A stretch of DNA of 64,000 nt, from positions 114,452,001 through 114,516,000 of the forward strand of contig NC_091477.1 in assembly GCF_036971445.1 (NCBI RefSeq). Direction: 5' to 3'. The position numbers and the translations under genes are program-made. How positions within the stretch are numbered: the first letter of the stretch is position 1; each line of letters begins with the position of its first letter. Under the pieces are notes generated by a model. It made no database searches, was not told where the DNA came from, and saw only the letters and a program-made list of their open reading frames with translations. This DNA is from Narcine bancroftii. Taxonomy: Eukaryota. Shown here piece by piece: positions 11,661-24,801 of the stretch.

Positions 11661-11809
11661 CCTCGTGAATGCACTGAGACATAGCAGATATTTATTATAT
11701 TAAATTGGGAATGTGTCGTTGCAAGATCATTTGCCAACTACTTGAGTTTTGACACTTTAAAACTCACTGAAAACTTTAAGTTCCAGTCCATCTGTGAAGC
11801 CTTATGTTG

Positions 11810-12295
11810 TTTGAGAAGCAGGCACACCACATGACTTGGCTGAAGAGGGGCAGGACTGGGAGCTTAATGTTCTGGGTTTCCATTTCTTCAGACGTGAGAG
11901 GGGGGAAAGTGGCATTGCTAGTCAGGGAAAATATCTCAGCTCTGCAAAGTCAAGACAGCCAGGAGGGTTTGTCTACAGAGGCCATATGAGTGGAGTTGAG
12001 GAATGGGAAAGGTGTGACAACACTGACAGTGTTGTATCATAGACTGCCCAATAGAGAGAAATAGAGGAGCAAATCTATAGACCAATGTAAGAAGCAGAAA
12101 GTTGTGATTGTAGATTTTAACTTTCCAAATATTGACAGGGACTCCCATATTGTGATAGAGCTGGATGACCTGGAGTTTGTGAAATGTTTTCAGGAAAGTT
12201 TTTGAAACCAATATATAGAGGTACCAATGAGAGATGATCCTGCTATTAGGGAAAAAGACTGGTCAGGTGACATTTTGGGTCCAGTGACCATGATG
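11810..12295 (+). pseudogene. CR1 LINE endonuclease fragment
   Basis: TWL.EGQDWELNV.G, GGVA.LVRE.I, GATTTTAACTTTCCAAATATTGAC (DFNFPNID), GSSDH-like motif at the end. Confidence 0.75.
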
Positions 12296-12297
12296 CT

Positions 12298-12410
12298 TGT
12301 GGCATGACAGCCTTTATGGGAGAGAAAGGGGAGGAGTCATGAGCAGGGTCAACCAGGAAAGGTCATGTAATTTACATATAATGAATATGTACAATAGTGG
12401 TTTCACCACA
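12298..12410 (-). mobile_element. Short LTR fragment (Gypsy-type solo LTR family)
   Basis: Minus strand begins TGTGGTGAAAC. Contains CCTTTAT..GGGGAGGAGTCA, similar to 25166-25384. Confidence 0.45.
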
Positions 12411-12525
12411 GAGCCCTAAATTGATGAAGGGCTCAAGCCTGAAATGTTAGTTTTGTATCTTTATCTTTGCGACATAAAATACACTGTTTGACCTGCTGAG
12501 TTTCTCCAGCTTGATGTTTTTATTT
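12411..12525 (+). mobile_element. PLE pseudo-LTR with hammerhead motif (second fragment at 12850-12945)
   Basis: TTGATGAAGGGCTCAAGCCTGAAATGTT followed by TATCTTTGC..TTTGACCTGCTGAGTTTCTCCAGC. Confidence 0.8.
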
Positions 12526-13327
12526 TATGACAGGTCCTTGTTCTCATTTAACAATGTTCCATCAAATTAAATCCTTGAAAATTTTTGATTATTTGTTCTA
12601 ATACACATTTTGGTATTAAATTTTGTTTGATTAAGCTCTTGTAAATATCAGGCAACTTTACAATGGTCCAGATCTACATCAGTACAACTTGTTTTTCTGA
12701 ATACATTTTTTGAATGATCTGGAGTATGACAAAAAGCAATTGAATTGGATGCAATTATAATTTCAAAAAGACGTGAATATTTGAAAGGGAAAGATTTGAA
12801 GTACAATGAGAAAAAAGGGAGAGGAATGGACAAACCCAAAACATTGCTTATGTATCTTTGCTCTATAAAGTACACTCTTTGACCTGCTGAGTTTCATTGT
12901 GTTTTTATTTCAACCGCAGTGTCTGCAAGCTTTGGTGTTTTAATCCTTCTGTGTTGTTTCATTACTGCTGCAATCAAGAATAGATGATGCTAAGTTCATT
13001 CTGTTCTGAGGGTTCCTTGGTTTGGTGTTTCCATTTAAGGTGTTGAGGGAAAAGAAGCCCTGATACTTACACTTCATCTCCAAGCACTCATTCCTCCATC
13101 ATCAGTACACTGTGGCTGAAGTCTGCATTTACTACTCACTCAGACAACTCACGCAGCACTTCCCAAACCCATGTACAGATTTTCTCCTGGTTACACCACT
13201 TCCTGATTTGCAAAGGTATCACCATTTCTTAAATGTTGCGGGATCTAAAACCCAGAATCCCCATTGAATCATATTGTGGGAACACTTATTTCAAGTAACA
13301 CAGTAGTTCATACCATGTTTATACATT

Positions 13328-14435
13328 TCAAGTCAAGTCAAGTCATCTTTATTTGTCGTTCAAACATGCATTGCACGGTAAAGACGAGATAGCGTTTCTC
13401 CAGGACCACGGAGCAGATTTACATAAATATAAGTTAAAATAGAATTTAAAATATTAAGACGTATACAGTGAAAGTCCATGGTATATTATCCTCATATATT
13501 TCGGGAATTCAGGAGCCTGATGGCTTGGGGGAATAATTGTTGCCTAATCTGGACGTAAGGACCCAAGTGCTACGGTACCTCCTATCAGATGGCAGAATGG
13601 AGAAAAGTTTACATGATGGGTGGGTGGAGTCCTTCACAATGTTTATTTCTTTCCGCATGCATCATGTGTTGTAAATGTCCGACTTGGTAGGAATTGAGCC
13701 CCCAATGATCTTTTCCGGTGACTTTATCCTCTGGAGGGTCTTACAGAGGTGGTACAGCTTCCAAACCAGGTGGTGATTTAATTGCTCAGAATGCTCTCAA
13801 TATATCCTCTGTATAATGTAGTGAGGATGAAGGGTGAGAGATGAACTTTCCTTAGCCTTCACAGGAAGTAAAGGCACTGCTGGGCTTTCTTGGCTATGGA
13901 GATGTAACCAGCAGAAATTCCAAGGACCTTAATACTCTTGATGACCTCAATGGTGGAGCCGGCAATGGTCAACAGGGTGTGGTCCCCCCGGGCCCTCCAG
14001 AAGTCGACAACCACCTCTTTTGTTTTATTAACGCTCAGATACAGACTGTTGGCTCTGTACCAATCTATTAGCGACTGCACCTCATCTCTGTGTGCTGACT
14101 CATCATTCTTACCAAAAAGGCCCACCATGGTTGTGTCATCAGTGAACTCAATTATGTGGTTATTGCACAGTCATGAATCGGCAGAGTGAATAGCAGTACA
14201 CCAAGCACACAGTGGGGGGTGGCGGTGGCCTTGCTCAGTGTGATGGTCTTGGAGGTGCTGTTACTGATCCATTCTGCCTGAGACCTCCCCGAGAGCAAAT
14301 CAAAAATCCAATTGCAGAGAGAGATGTTTCCATTCTGCAGGCTCGACTTTCCTATCAGGTACCGAGGTACGATTATGCTGAATGCCGAACTGAAGTCAAT
14401 AAACAGTATTCGAACATGTGTGTCCTTATTTTCCA
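13328..14435 (-). pseudogene. Rex1/Babar LINE fragment
   Basis: Minus ORFs [30 protein letters not shown] and TKEVVVDF..KKAQQCLYFL. 3' tail GACAAATAAA plus (TTGAC)n. Confidence 0.88.
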
Positions 14436-14574
14436 TCTAAATTGAATTCAAAATTTACATCTAAATTGAATTGGCCCTCCTTAAAATTTAGCACTATTTG
14501 CCTCAAATCAGATTGGGACATTTTTAATATTGGGAATCCTTTTCTGTGGATCAAACAAAAATGAAGGATTATCT

Positions 14575-15100
14575 GGGACAAAGGGGAGCAAAAAGGAACT
14601 CTGTGGTGACCTGAAAGAATGAGGTTATCATCTGGAGAACCCTGAGGGGGCAAGTTTTGTCAGCAAGACACTGGAGTTGCTAATTAAAAAGGAATCAGTG
14701 GTGGATGTCCTGCGTACAACAAATCTCTCTCTGAAAATGGACAAAAACCTTCCTGAGCGGTAACCATTTACCTTTCAAGTACCAAACCCTGGTGAACTTT
14801 ATAAATGTTAAATTCTGTGCACAGTATAAGAATTGTCTACAACCAGTGAACTTGAAGGAATGAGAAGTGAGATTGGACTGTGAATCAAATAACTTTTCTG
14901 AACTTACACACATACTACATACACGTGGACTTAGAATTAGAAGGGGGTTAAGTTGGGTTAGTTAAGTCAATAATGATAAGTTAAAGCGTGATTCTGTTTT
15001 CATGTTTAAAGATAATTAAAAGCAACTTTTGTTTAAGTAACCATTTGTCTTGGTGAATATCTATTACCGCTGGGTTTTGGGATCCTCTGGGCTCATAACA
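14575..15100 (+). mobile_element. 3' part of a ~1-kb solo LTR family
   Basis: Near-identical to 30300-30809 and to the reverse of 32876-33380. Ends GGGCTCATAACA. Confidence 0.8.
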
Positions 15101-16397
15101 GTGGGCTCAGTGCAATTCTTCTGCAAAAATATAATGAATGGCAACCCATTGCGTATGCATCACGCTCAATTACAGACTTGGAGATGAGATAAGCTCAATT
15201 TGAAAAGGAGCTGCTCAGCCTCACATATGCCTGTGAAAGATTTCATCAGTTTGTGTCAGGAGAAGCATTCAGGGTAGAGGGTGACCATAAGCCTTTGATT
15301 GCATTGTTCCAAAAGCCATTAAATGAATGTCCACTTAGAATACAAAGAATGCTTAGGCTGCAGTGCTCTGGGTATACTAATATACACAGCAGACACATTG
15401 TCTAGAGCTGTTGGCAGGAGAGCACTTGCAAAGACCAAAATGGATGAAGACATAAATGCCCTTGTGGACATGATCACAAGAGTACTGCCCATATCAGATG
15501 CAAAAATGGAGCTCATAAAATCAGAGACAAACAAAGATGAAACACAGACAACTGAGGAAAAACATCTTGGAAGGACTATCTTGTAGTCACAGACTATTAC
15601 TCCCTGTATCCAGAAGTGTGTAAACTTAACACCACCATTTCAGATGCTGTAATAAGAGGTATGAAAGCCATATCCTCCAGGCATGGCATGGCAAGCGAGG
15701 TCTTCACAGACAATGGACCCCAGTTTTGCAATTTAAAGTTCCGACAGTTTGCCAAAGAGTGCGACTTTGTACACACCACATCAAGTTCTCATTTTCCACA
15801 ATCCAATGGTCTAGTGGAAAAATCAGTACAGACAGTGAAAAGACTGATGAACAAAGCAAAAGATGTGGAACAGACTTCTACCAGAGCATGCTGGTACACT
15901 GCACAATGCTGCTCAAGTCTGGTATGGCACCAGCACAACTCCTTGTGGGACGTAGGCTAAGATCAAACCTACCCATTCAGGAGAAACTCCTAAAAACAAA
16001 AGAGGGGGAGAAAGTGAGGAAGTTCAATGAACAACAGAAAGAAAAGCAAAGGTATTACTTTGACAGAGGAACAAAAAACCTACCGGAACTCTACACTGGT
16101 GACCAAGTAAGCCAAAAAGACAAAACAAAATTATGGACTCAGAAGGGAACTGTCCTTAGTGAAGTCCAGCCAAGATCATACACCATTCAGATAGATGAAG
16201 GTGCTGTTCTGCGAAGAAATTGTGGAGTCCCTCAAATGGCACTAGCCACAGTAGATGGAAAGACAGATACTGTTGAACATCCTGAATACACAGCTGAGAA
16301 GAGATCGCCTGAGGCAACAACTCAGATTCAAGGACGATCAATCAGGAGATCATCAAGACAATTGAATCCTCCTAAGAGACTCATTGAGCAAATCTAA
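15101..16397 (+). pseudogene. Gypsy/Ty3 pol remnant (RNase H and integrase)
   Basis: GLSAILLQ..WQPIAYASRS, AQFEKELL, DHKPL, ADTLSR, integrase VFTDNGPQF...HFPQSNGLVEKSVQTVK, SPAQLL-like and C-terminal PRSY..RRN. Stops and frameshifts present. Confidence 0.92.
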
Positions 16398-16627
16398 AGA
16401 CTCCTGTTATAGAATTAAATAGTGCTATCTTATTCACTCTTCAAGCTTTAGTGTATGTAAAAGTCAACACACAAAACAAGTTTTAAAAATGTTAACAATG
16501 TTGATAATAATGAAGATTATTATCTTAATAATTATCTAATAAGAAGTTCCTGGTGTTAAAGTTAAAATTGAAGAGTTATACAAAGAAAACATGTTAGTTA
16601 AAAGTAAGCTACTTTTGTTTTAAGAAA

Positions 16628-16846
16628 TGTAAGAAAATATAATGTTAGAGATCATGGTTGCAATGCAACTAGCAATGCCTTACTCTTTGATTATACTTCC
16701 TGCCAGCAGGGAGCTGACACACAGTATGCAAGATTTGTAATGGAGGCTAGCAGCATCATGGCATGCCTCAGTTGCTGTTTACAACAACTTTAAAGAACCT
16801 TTCTCTTCATCCATGTGTTGTCTAAGAACTCACACATACAAATACA
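16628..16846 (+). mobile_element. Probable 3' LTR of the Gypsy element
   Basis: TG...CA-bounded block of about 220 bp after the pol stop and an AT-rich 3' UTR. Boundaries approximate. Confidence 0.4.
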
Positions 16847-16889
16847 AGATGAAATCTAACCACCTCAAAAAACTCAATAAAACTTGTGA

Positions 16890-17135
16890 GACAGGGAAGA
16901 CACCAGGGGGTAAGCCTTTTACACAGAGAGTAATGCCTTGCCAGGGGTGGAGGCTGGAACAATAAGGACATTTAAGAGACTCTTAGACAGGCACGCACAT
17001 GGATGAGGGAAAAATAAAAGGTTACAAAGAGGGAAGGGTTTAATACATTTTTGGTGGGAATATATAGCTCAAAGGCCAAAGGACCTGTTCTGTGCTCTAA
17101 TGTTCTGTGCTCTAATGTTCTGTGTTCTATGTTTT
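16890..17135 (+). mobile_element. CR1 3' end with tandem tail
   Basis: TTTTACACAGAGAGT..CATTTAAGAGACTCTTAGACAGGCAC..GGCCAAAGGACCTG followed by (TGTTCTGTGCTCTAA)n. Confidence 0.8.
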
Positions 17136-17879
17136 CTATACTGAAAACATTTATTTTCCATTTGTCCAATCTTTGGTCATCTTATTTAATTATGATTCAT
17201 TCTTTTTTTTTAAGTATTCCACTGTAGGAGATAAATTTGCTGAGAGATAATCTACAGTTAAGAACACATGAGTTCACCCTTCTTCCATTCAATCCAGCAT
17301 TTCATACAATGCATCAAAATTGGAAGTGCCAACCACAATGGTCTTGAACGGCTGGAGATGTCGAATGTAGGTGTCTGAAAGCTCCAACACAGAGAATTCA
17401 AAAACTACAACACAAAGAGAGTTCAAAAACTAACACTGGGATTTCAAAATTAAGAAATGCAGAAGATCACAGTAATTGATCTTTGTGGATGAACAGCTCA
17501 GGCTTTTAATTCAAGCAGAATAATTTTTTAAGCAGGCAATGGACTATTTTCATAATTTGCCTGTGAATTATTATTGCATTATTGCAGAAGCAATACAATC
17601 TTATTTGCATGAACTCATCCTCCAGCTCATTTATGACTTCATATGATTGAGAGAAATGCCTCTGAATGACGATGGAGCAATGGGCATCAAAACCATTATC
17701 TATTAGAATTGGTGGTGATGGAAATAAAAGGGATGACAATGTTGGATGGCTGACTATGTAATTAGGGTGTCTTACTGCATTTTATAATCAAAGTGTTATT
17801 GTTGACTACAAATAACTTTCGCAAACAAAACACATTCTGGTTTTCTTTGGTGGTGATGTTGGGAAATTTTAACCACAAC

Positions 17880-18215
17880 TGCCCCCTCAACCTCCCTCCC
17901 CCAAGTCTTCTTTTCCTATCCCTGCCTCCTTTCCTCCAGATTCCCACTTCCTTAACTTCCCTCTTCTTCCAGAGAGCTACCCCTCCCTCTATTACTTCTC
18001 AGCTTTTTTTCTTCTTCTACCCTCCCACCTGTATCCATCTATGACCAATTACCTTCTTAGCCTGTTCTCCTCCTGCCCCGTCTCTTCCTTTTCTCCTTCC
18101 CCCTTCCTCCATCTTTTTAATGAGGCACCTGCTTATACCTGACTAAGGGCCTAGCCCTCTATTTCCTATGGATGCTTTGTGACCTGCTGAGTTTCTCCAG
18201 CACGTTTGTGTATTG
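17880..18215 (+). mobile_element. PLE 3' region with partial hammerhead
   Basis: Pyrimidine-rich tract, then ATACCTGACTAAGGG..CCTATGGATGCT..GACCTGCTGAGTTTCTCCAGCAC. Confidence 0.75.
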
Positions 18216-18239
18216 TGGGTGAATTACAATTATCTACTC

Positions 18240-18765
18240 TGGATCATGCCCATGGGATTTTTTTCCATCCAGCTGAACAAACATATGCACACTTGGAAGA
18301 GCAGCATTTCCTCAAGTCTTCAGTAAAGTGTCAGCCCATGTTTTCCACTCAATTTTCCAGTAGACTGAGATAAAACCCAAAGCTGAAGATTTATCCAACT
18401 CAGACAAGACAGTCACACCAAATGAATCAAACTAACATTTAAGATAAAGTTTCTTATGGAGGCAAAAATCTCTCTCACCAAAGAATGACATGCATTTATA
18501 CATCACTCCTCACAACCTCCTACAGTGCTTTAATGTCAACAAAGTTCTTATAATGTTGCTATTAAAGAAACGCGACAGCCAATTTATGCATCTAATGGAA
18601 AAATACAAATGCGAATAAATAATCTGCTTTACTGCTGTTTTGTGGGGCTAAATGTTGGCTGCGACACTGATGCGACACCTCAAGGTAATGTCAAGTTCAA
18701 CTGAGGGAGCAGAAGGGTCTCAGTTTAATATCGCATTCAAATGGCAGCAACTCAAACAACATGGG
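18240..18765 (-). mobile_element. Two degraded Deu-domain SINE pieces
   Basis: GCAGCATTTCCTCAAGT..AAGTGTCAGCC; ATGCATTTATA..TCACAACCTC..AGAAACGCGACAGCCAATTT..TCTCAGTTTAATATCGCATTCAAA. Confidence 0.55.
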
Positions 18766-18949
18766 TATCATCAAATCATTTGGTGCAAAAAGGAGGAATA
18801 GATGCTGGATTTTCTGCTCAGGACTTTCCAAAATTGTTGCTGGGCTGAAAGATGAGCCAAATGATGAAGTGAGAGGTCAGGTGGAGTATTGTAAATGGAG
18901 GAAAATAATGCATGATAGGAATAGAGAGAAAAAATGTTTGAACTGTGAG

Positions 18950-19680
18950 ATGCAGAACATAAGAGCTGCTGGAAATCTGAAGGAGAATCCTCAAAATATT
19001 CAGTAGATTGGGAACCATCTGAAAGGAAATGCTACTGGTTGTAAAGGAGAATGCTGAAAATATTTTGGAAATGAGGTAGCATATGGGAGAAAATAGAGTT
19101 CATGTTGTTGGTAAATGACCTTACATCAGAACCATAGAAGCGCAGACCACCAGAAAAGGCCCTTCAACCCATCTAGTCAGTACCAAATTATTATTCTAAC
19201 TAGTCCCATTACCCTCCATACCCTTCCTCTCAATGTACCTATCTCAAATTTGTTAAATGCCAAAATCAAGCCCTCATTCACCACTTCAGCTGGCAGCTCC
19301 TACAAGTCTGCAAAAAGAAGTTCCCTTTATGTTCCCTTGAAACTTCTCCCCTTTCACCCTTAAATCATGGCCTCTGGTTCTTGTCTCACCCAAACCTCAG
19401 CGGAAAAACCCGCTTGCATTTACTCTTATTGACACCTTTCACAATTTTGCGTACCTCAATCAAATCTTCGCTCATTCTTCGACGCTCCAGGGAATAAACC
19501 ATGATCTGCTTAACATTTCCCTGCAACTCACTTCCATTAAGTTCTGGCAACATCCTTATAAATCTTCAGCCCAGTTTTGCTACGAACAGGGAAGGCTGTT
19601 TACCTGAAATTGTTAAATTCAATATTGTGTCCTGAGAGCTCAATGAAGCCCAATGAAAGGACAAGATCAGTATCTCATTT
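18950..19680 (-). mobile_element. Old PLE fragment interrupted by a CR1 3' end (19132-19570, minus)
   Basis: Minus strand 19600-19655 encodes LGFIELSGHNIEFNNFR* (PLE GIY-YIG C-terminus). The insert begins AACCATAGAA..GGCCCTTCAACCC (CR1 tail). Confidence 0.65.
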
Positions 19681-20924
19681 TCCACTGAGGCAATTTTCCT
19701 TGGTTTGACTAAGTATTATTGAAATATTGAAATTGTACATACATCAACACCTTGCATCATAATCGTTGAAGTGAGATGTTAGTGAACAGCTAACCGTTGT
19801 ATCACTGAGAGGAAAAAGTTATAACCTCACAAATTGTAGTTATTTGCATATCAAGGAACGTACTTAGATTTTCAATTGATCCATTAGATTCAGTGATTTT
19901 TTTTAATATATCAATGAATGCATCAAATTTAGATGGTTTTGAACTATTTGGGATGATTTTAATTTTTTTTGTAAAGATAATTGCACAAGATGGAGATCTG
20001 GCCCTCATGGGGCTACTCTCATTTTAGACCATCATTAAAAGTTAGAATGATCTCCTTGATTTTATTTGATCTTCTTGAAGGTAATTGCATGATAGAATTT
20101 TTTTTTTTACTGTGGCTCTACCATTTACTCTACATCTCGCGAATATATACATCGTCCTGTAAGTACTAACAAGTCACTCTATTGCATTGTCCCACACAAT
20201 GGGTAACAGAGCCAAAGTTGCATCTTGGCCATTATAATCAATATATCCAATTCATTAAGAATTTGATCCATAACCAGGACTTGCTGCTTGTTTGCTAGGA
20301 TTTATAACTATTGCTGTATCTTATTTTTGTTCTTTCTAGTTTGACCACGTATTAATGATGAGATAAATAATTAACTCATCAAATGCTTATTCTCCTGGGG
20401 ATTTCATTAACATTTTACTGTGTATTAAACAGTTTTATTGTGTATCTTTTTCACAAATCTAATTAACACTGTATCCCTTTGAACGGATTTCAAGTTGACA
20501 CATACATTAAACCATGCTGTAACAGGCCTTTTGGGACAGAATCACATTAAGATCAATAGTGGCTGCCATTAAGGGCAACAAGTGCTGGAATATTATCCCG
20601 AGAGTTAGTGAAATGCTTGGCAATATCCAATTATAATCTGACTAATATAAGAATAATTGTAATGAGCATACATCCAGTTGGTTGATCAAGCCAGGTCCCT
20701 GCACAATATGTCCAAACACTTGATTCCTTAATCTACTGCGGGAAAATTTTTCAGACCATGTCACCAAATCAAAATCTGCATATTCATCAAGTAAGCCTTG
20801 GCTAAATTAGTCTTGTTAATATTATCCCGAGGAATATTGGAATTACATGGAACATGGTGAGGCTGTTGGATTGGACTCATAGGAGTGAGGATTTCAGGAT
20901 GCATGAGGATTTGGGGCATTAGAT

Positions 20925-21385
20925 TGATCGCCTCCCCCATCCCCCGTTCGAGAAGAAGAAGCAGAGGATATGATCCTATAGGATGGTAACCTTGGTGGGA
21001 GACCAGTTAGGATCTCTGTGGCTGAAGAACACACAGGAGGTGGGCTATTGGTGTTTCAACATGAGGTTGTGGGCTACTGCCAGCTGAGATCAAAGGACAC
21101 ACCAGGACTCACACTGGTGAAGACTAGCTCGAGACTGGCTGAGGGGTTACCAGGTATCGGAACTGGGATGCGAGAGCTGCTGGAGGCTTCCTAATCATGC
21201 CAGTGGTGTGCATCTGGAGCTCAGGTCACTGACGGTTTGGACTGATGGCTGCGGGAGTCCAGGAGGTAAAGCCATGGACATTCAGTGACTCTGGGGGGGG
21301 GGGGGGGGGGGGGCGGGTTTCTCTGTTGCTTCTTTTCCTCTAGCTGATAGGGTTTGGCAATCCAACGATCGTGGTGAATCTATTG
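20925..21385 (+). mobile_element. Unclassified GC-rich repeat, same family as 944-1597
   Basis: Collinear homology with 1240-1597. Internal poly-G at about 21293-21313. Confidence 0.6.
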
Positions 21386-22714
21386 GGTGAGAACGTTGGA
21401 AGTATATGGTGGTGTATGAGAACACCACTGGGTTGTAAAGATCAGAATGAACATGTGAGAAGAGACTGGATCAGGGTGAAAATATCATGACCGAATTGAT
21501 GAGCCATGGGGATGTGGGGCTAGCACTGATCACCCTGAAGATATGGTATTGAATGGTCAGAGTGCAGATGCTGGGATTGAATACCCTGAGTGAGGTGGTT
21601 GGGATAAGAATGTTGTGTCTGGCTGAATGATAATTCTTCATATTATGTAGTTCATTTCCCTTCACAATTCCAGATTTAGTTATCTTAATTGCCCTTTATC
21701 GATGTGGCCATACCATAGGAATAAAGATCATTGTCCAAATTGTTATTGGAAAGCTGATGACACGCTGCGTAATATAAAAGTGAATGGTTATTTTCTGAGA
21801 AAGAGCAAGTTATAAATGAAGGGATTTCTGTGTATATGCTTAAAAAGCTCTTTGTTGAGCACGGTCGTCTAAAAGCAACTAAATTAAAAGTCTTGTGCCC
21901 CTGTCCCTGAGCCTCTATTCTGTTCTCTCTCCCTAAACTTTACTGTTTCCTTCTTGAAAACAAATTGACAGATTGCAGAATCACAAGCCTGGTTTGCAAC
22001 ATTTTAACATGTGGGATCAACAAAAAGATTGACTGCCAATTTTGATGACTGCCAATAAATCAAAAAGAAAATTCAGAAGAATCTTCAATCACCAGACATT
22101 AAGGAGGGCAGAACACACAAGGGGCAAATGCACTGATGCAGTAGCTGTGTCAGAAAGAGGAAAGAATAGAGCTGTACTCTTACTTGAGGAATTAAAAGAG
22201 GAAAGGGAGGAAGATGCTCATCCCCAGCCTCTTTGTTGTGAACTCCTTTGATTATTTTTAATTAATTCTACGCAAATTTATTTCATAAACTCGTAATCTC
22301 GACTCTTTCCTCCACTACCCACTCAGTCCTTGCTGCTGAGTTAATGTAAAGGGCACCTCAGGGCTTTCAGCTTATCAGTGGAATTTATAATTTGAAACAC
22401 TGGAATTATATTCTTCCCTCACCGAATCTCCTTTCCTCTAACTGAGCCAAAGTTCAACTGTCTGATCTTATCTTCATAGCTCTAAACCGCTAGATCATCC
22501 ATGTTGTCCCTTTTGGTTTCCATTCTCTTGCCAAATCCATCCATGTCTCCCATCATCTTAAAGATCGTGTAAGAACTTAGTCAACTGTAAAAGGAGAAAT
22601 TCCTCATTGGAAATCTTTTGAAATAAGGACAAATTTTCCCTGTTGTAAAATTGAATCTTTGAAAGCTACATTGTCCTTTGGTCATTGTCTTGCTTCTTTG
22701 TCCTCCATATTTAT

Positions 22715-22890
22715 GGCACAGTGGCATTGTTAATGGCATCTGCCTCACAGTTCCAGGCTCAGACCTGATTTCTGGTGTTCCCTAAGTGGACTTTACATGT
22801 TCTCCCTATCATAATGGGTCCTCTATTTATCTTTCACATTTCCAAGTTGTGCAGGCTGAAAAGTTAATCTGCCACTGTAAATTGCACTGG
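22715..22890 (+). mobile_element. tRNA-derived V-SINE (HE1-like), old
   Basis: GGCACAGTGGC..CTGCCTCACAG.TCCAG..GTGGA.TTT.CATGTTCTCCC..CACTGTAAATTGC. Confidence 0.65.
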
Positions 22891-22892
22891 CA

Positions 22893-23670
22893 AGTATTTG
22901 CCTGGTTTGCAGTATCTAGAATACGGAGAAAGATTGAGTAGACTGGGTCTTTATTCATTGGAGCGTAGAAGGCTGAGAGGGACTCTGATAGAGGTATATA
23001 AAATTATGAGGGGAATAGATAGAGTAGATGTGAATTGGATCCTCCCCTTGAGGGTAGGAGAGATTGGAACGAGGGGTCATAAGTTAAGGATTAGGGGGCA
23101 AAACTTTAAAAGTAACATAAGAGGAAACTTCTTCACTCAGAGAGTGGTGGCTGAGTGGAATGATCTTCTGGAAGAGATGCTTGCAGCAGGGTCAATTTTG
23201 TCATTTAAGAGGTGGTTGGAAAAGTACATGATGTGAGGGAGTTGAAGGGCTATGGGCAGGGACGTGGAACTAGTGAAGATTAGTGTAAATGGATTGTTGG
23301 CACCAACTTAATACCATAGAACACTACAGTAAAGAAACAGGCCTCCCAGCCCTTCTTTGAACTATAATTATGCCTAGTCCCACTGGCCTGCACCCAGACC
23401 ATAGCCCTTCATACCCCTCGGATTCATGTACCTCTCCAAATTTTCTGAAATGTTCATATCAGCCCACATTCACCACTTCAGCTGGCAGCTCGTTCCACAC
23501 TCACACCGCTCTCTGCATGAAGAAGTTCTCCTTAGTGTTCCCTTAAATATTTCACCTTTCACTCATGTCCTCTCGTTCTTGTCTCTTCCAATCTCATTGG
23601 AAAAAGCCTGCTTTGCATTTACACCATCATAATTTAGTAGGCTGACAGCCCTGTTTCCATCCTGTGTTCC
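22893..23670 (+). pseudogene. CR1 3' end, with an antisense CR1 3' end nested at 23312-23632
   Basis: PGL..L.Y.ERLSRLGLYSLERRRLRG.LIEVYKIMRGIDRV...TRGH...FFTQRVV.EWN.L. Confidence 0.9.
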
Positions 23671-24044
23671 TCCCTATGTAAATACATTTGCTCTTCTAGG
23701 CACTGCCTCTGGTCTCCCATCATTTCAAACTGTGAACAGAGTATTATCTAAAATGTGTTTATTGCTGTTATGTGGTGAAATGCAGCATTCAAATTGGACA
23801 AATAATAGTCCCCCAACTAACATCAAAATTGTCTGTTTTGAAGATGTTGCCTAATAATAAGTATTCATTATGCAATGAAGAAATTATGCTCGTTTTGAAA
23901 TCCTGATGTTTTTTTTTACATTTAACTGAAACTATAAGTTCTTGGCTCAACCTCTCATTCAACAGATGCCACTTCTTGGCAGCAAGGATATTTTAATGAA
24001 GACAGATGCTTAAATTTGTATAGTCAGAATAAACAAATAATAGT

Positions 24045-24795
24045 CTGAGAATAAGAACCTGAGCCTCAACGTAGGCAAGTCAAAGGAAATGACTTCAGGA
24101 GCACTAGGGACAACCACCCTCCTTATACATTAATGGCTTGGTAGCAGAGAGACTGGAGACCACCAATTTCCTCAGAGTCCACTTAAGAAGTGACCTATCA
24201 TGGACACACAACATGTACTCACTTCTCACTTCCTGAGAAGACTGAGGCGGGTAAGGCTATCAACCACCATCCTGTCAACTTCTACAGAAGCTTTATCAAG
24301 AGAGTCCTTTTCGGCTGCATCACAGTGTGGTATGGTTGCTATAGAGCATTGAATTGGAGGTCAATTTACAGGGCGATAAGAGGGGAAGAGAGGATCACTG
24401 GGGGCTTTCTTCTCCATGATCGACTGGGATCTTTGCTTCAAGAGGGTTTGCAAAATCATTGAGGACCCTGATTACCCCACATGTGGCATCTTTCAGCTAC
24501 TCCAGTCGGGAAAGAGATACAGGAGGATCAGAGCCAGAACCACCAGGCTGAGAAACAGCTTCTTCCCACAAGCAGTGTGAATGACTGATGAGCTACTCTT
24601 ATTAACCCTGAGTCTTTACTATTTATTTAACAGTATTTATTTTATAGATGTACAAAGTATATACATACCTCATATGCCTTGTTTGTGTGTATGTGTGTTA
24701 TGCTTCTGAGTGTGTTTGCATGTTTTTGCACCAAGGACAAGAGAACACTGTTTTGTTGGGTTGTACTTGTACAATCGGATGATAATAGGTTGATA
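24045..24795 (+). pseudogene. Rex1/Babar 3' fragment
   Basis: NFYRSFI..VLFGCITVWYG; FQLLQSGKRYRRIRARTTRLRNSFFPQAV. The tail matches 45150-45300. Confidence 0.85.
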
Positions 24796-24801
24796 GAGGT
24801 A

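Noticed and set aside
14433-14472. 15-bp direct repeat CATCTAAATTGAATT
   Set aside because: Local micro-duplication at a TE junction. No sign of function.
15726-16397. 223-aa ORF as a domesticated gene
   Set aside because: It is the frameshifted integrase C-terminus of a decayed Gypsy element. The catalytic core is in another frame.
16700-16720. CTCF-like motif GCCAGCAGGGAGCTG
   Set aside because: Single imperfect match inside a probable LTR, with no supporting evidence.
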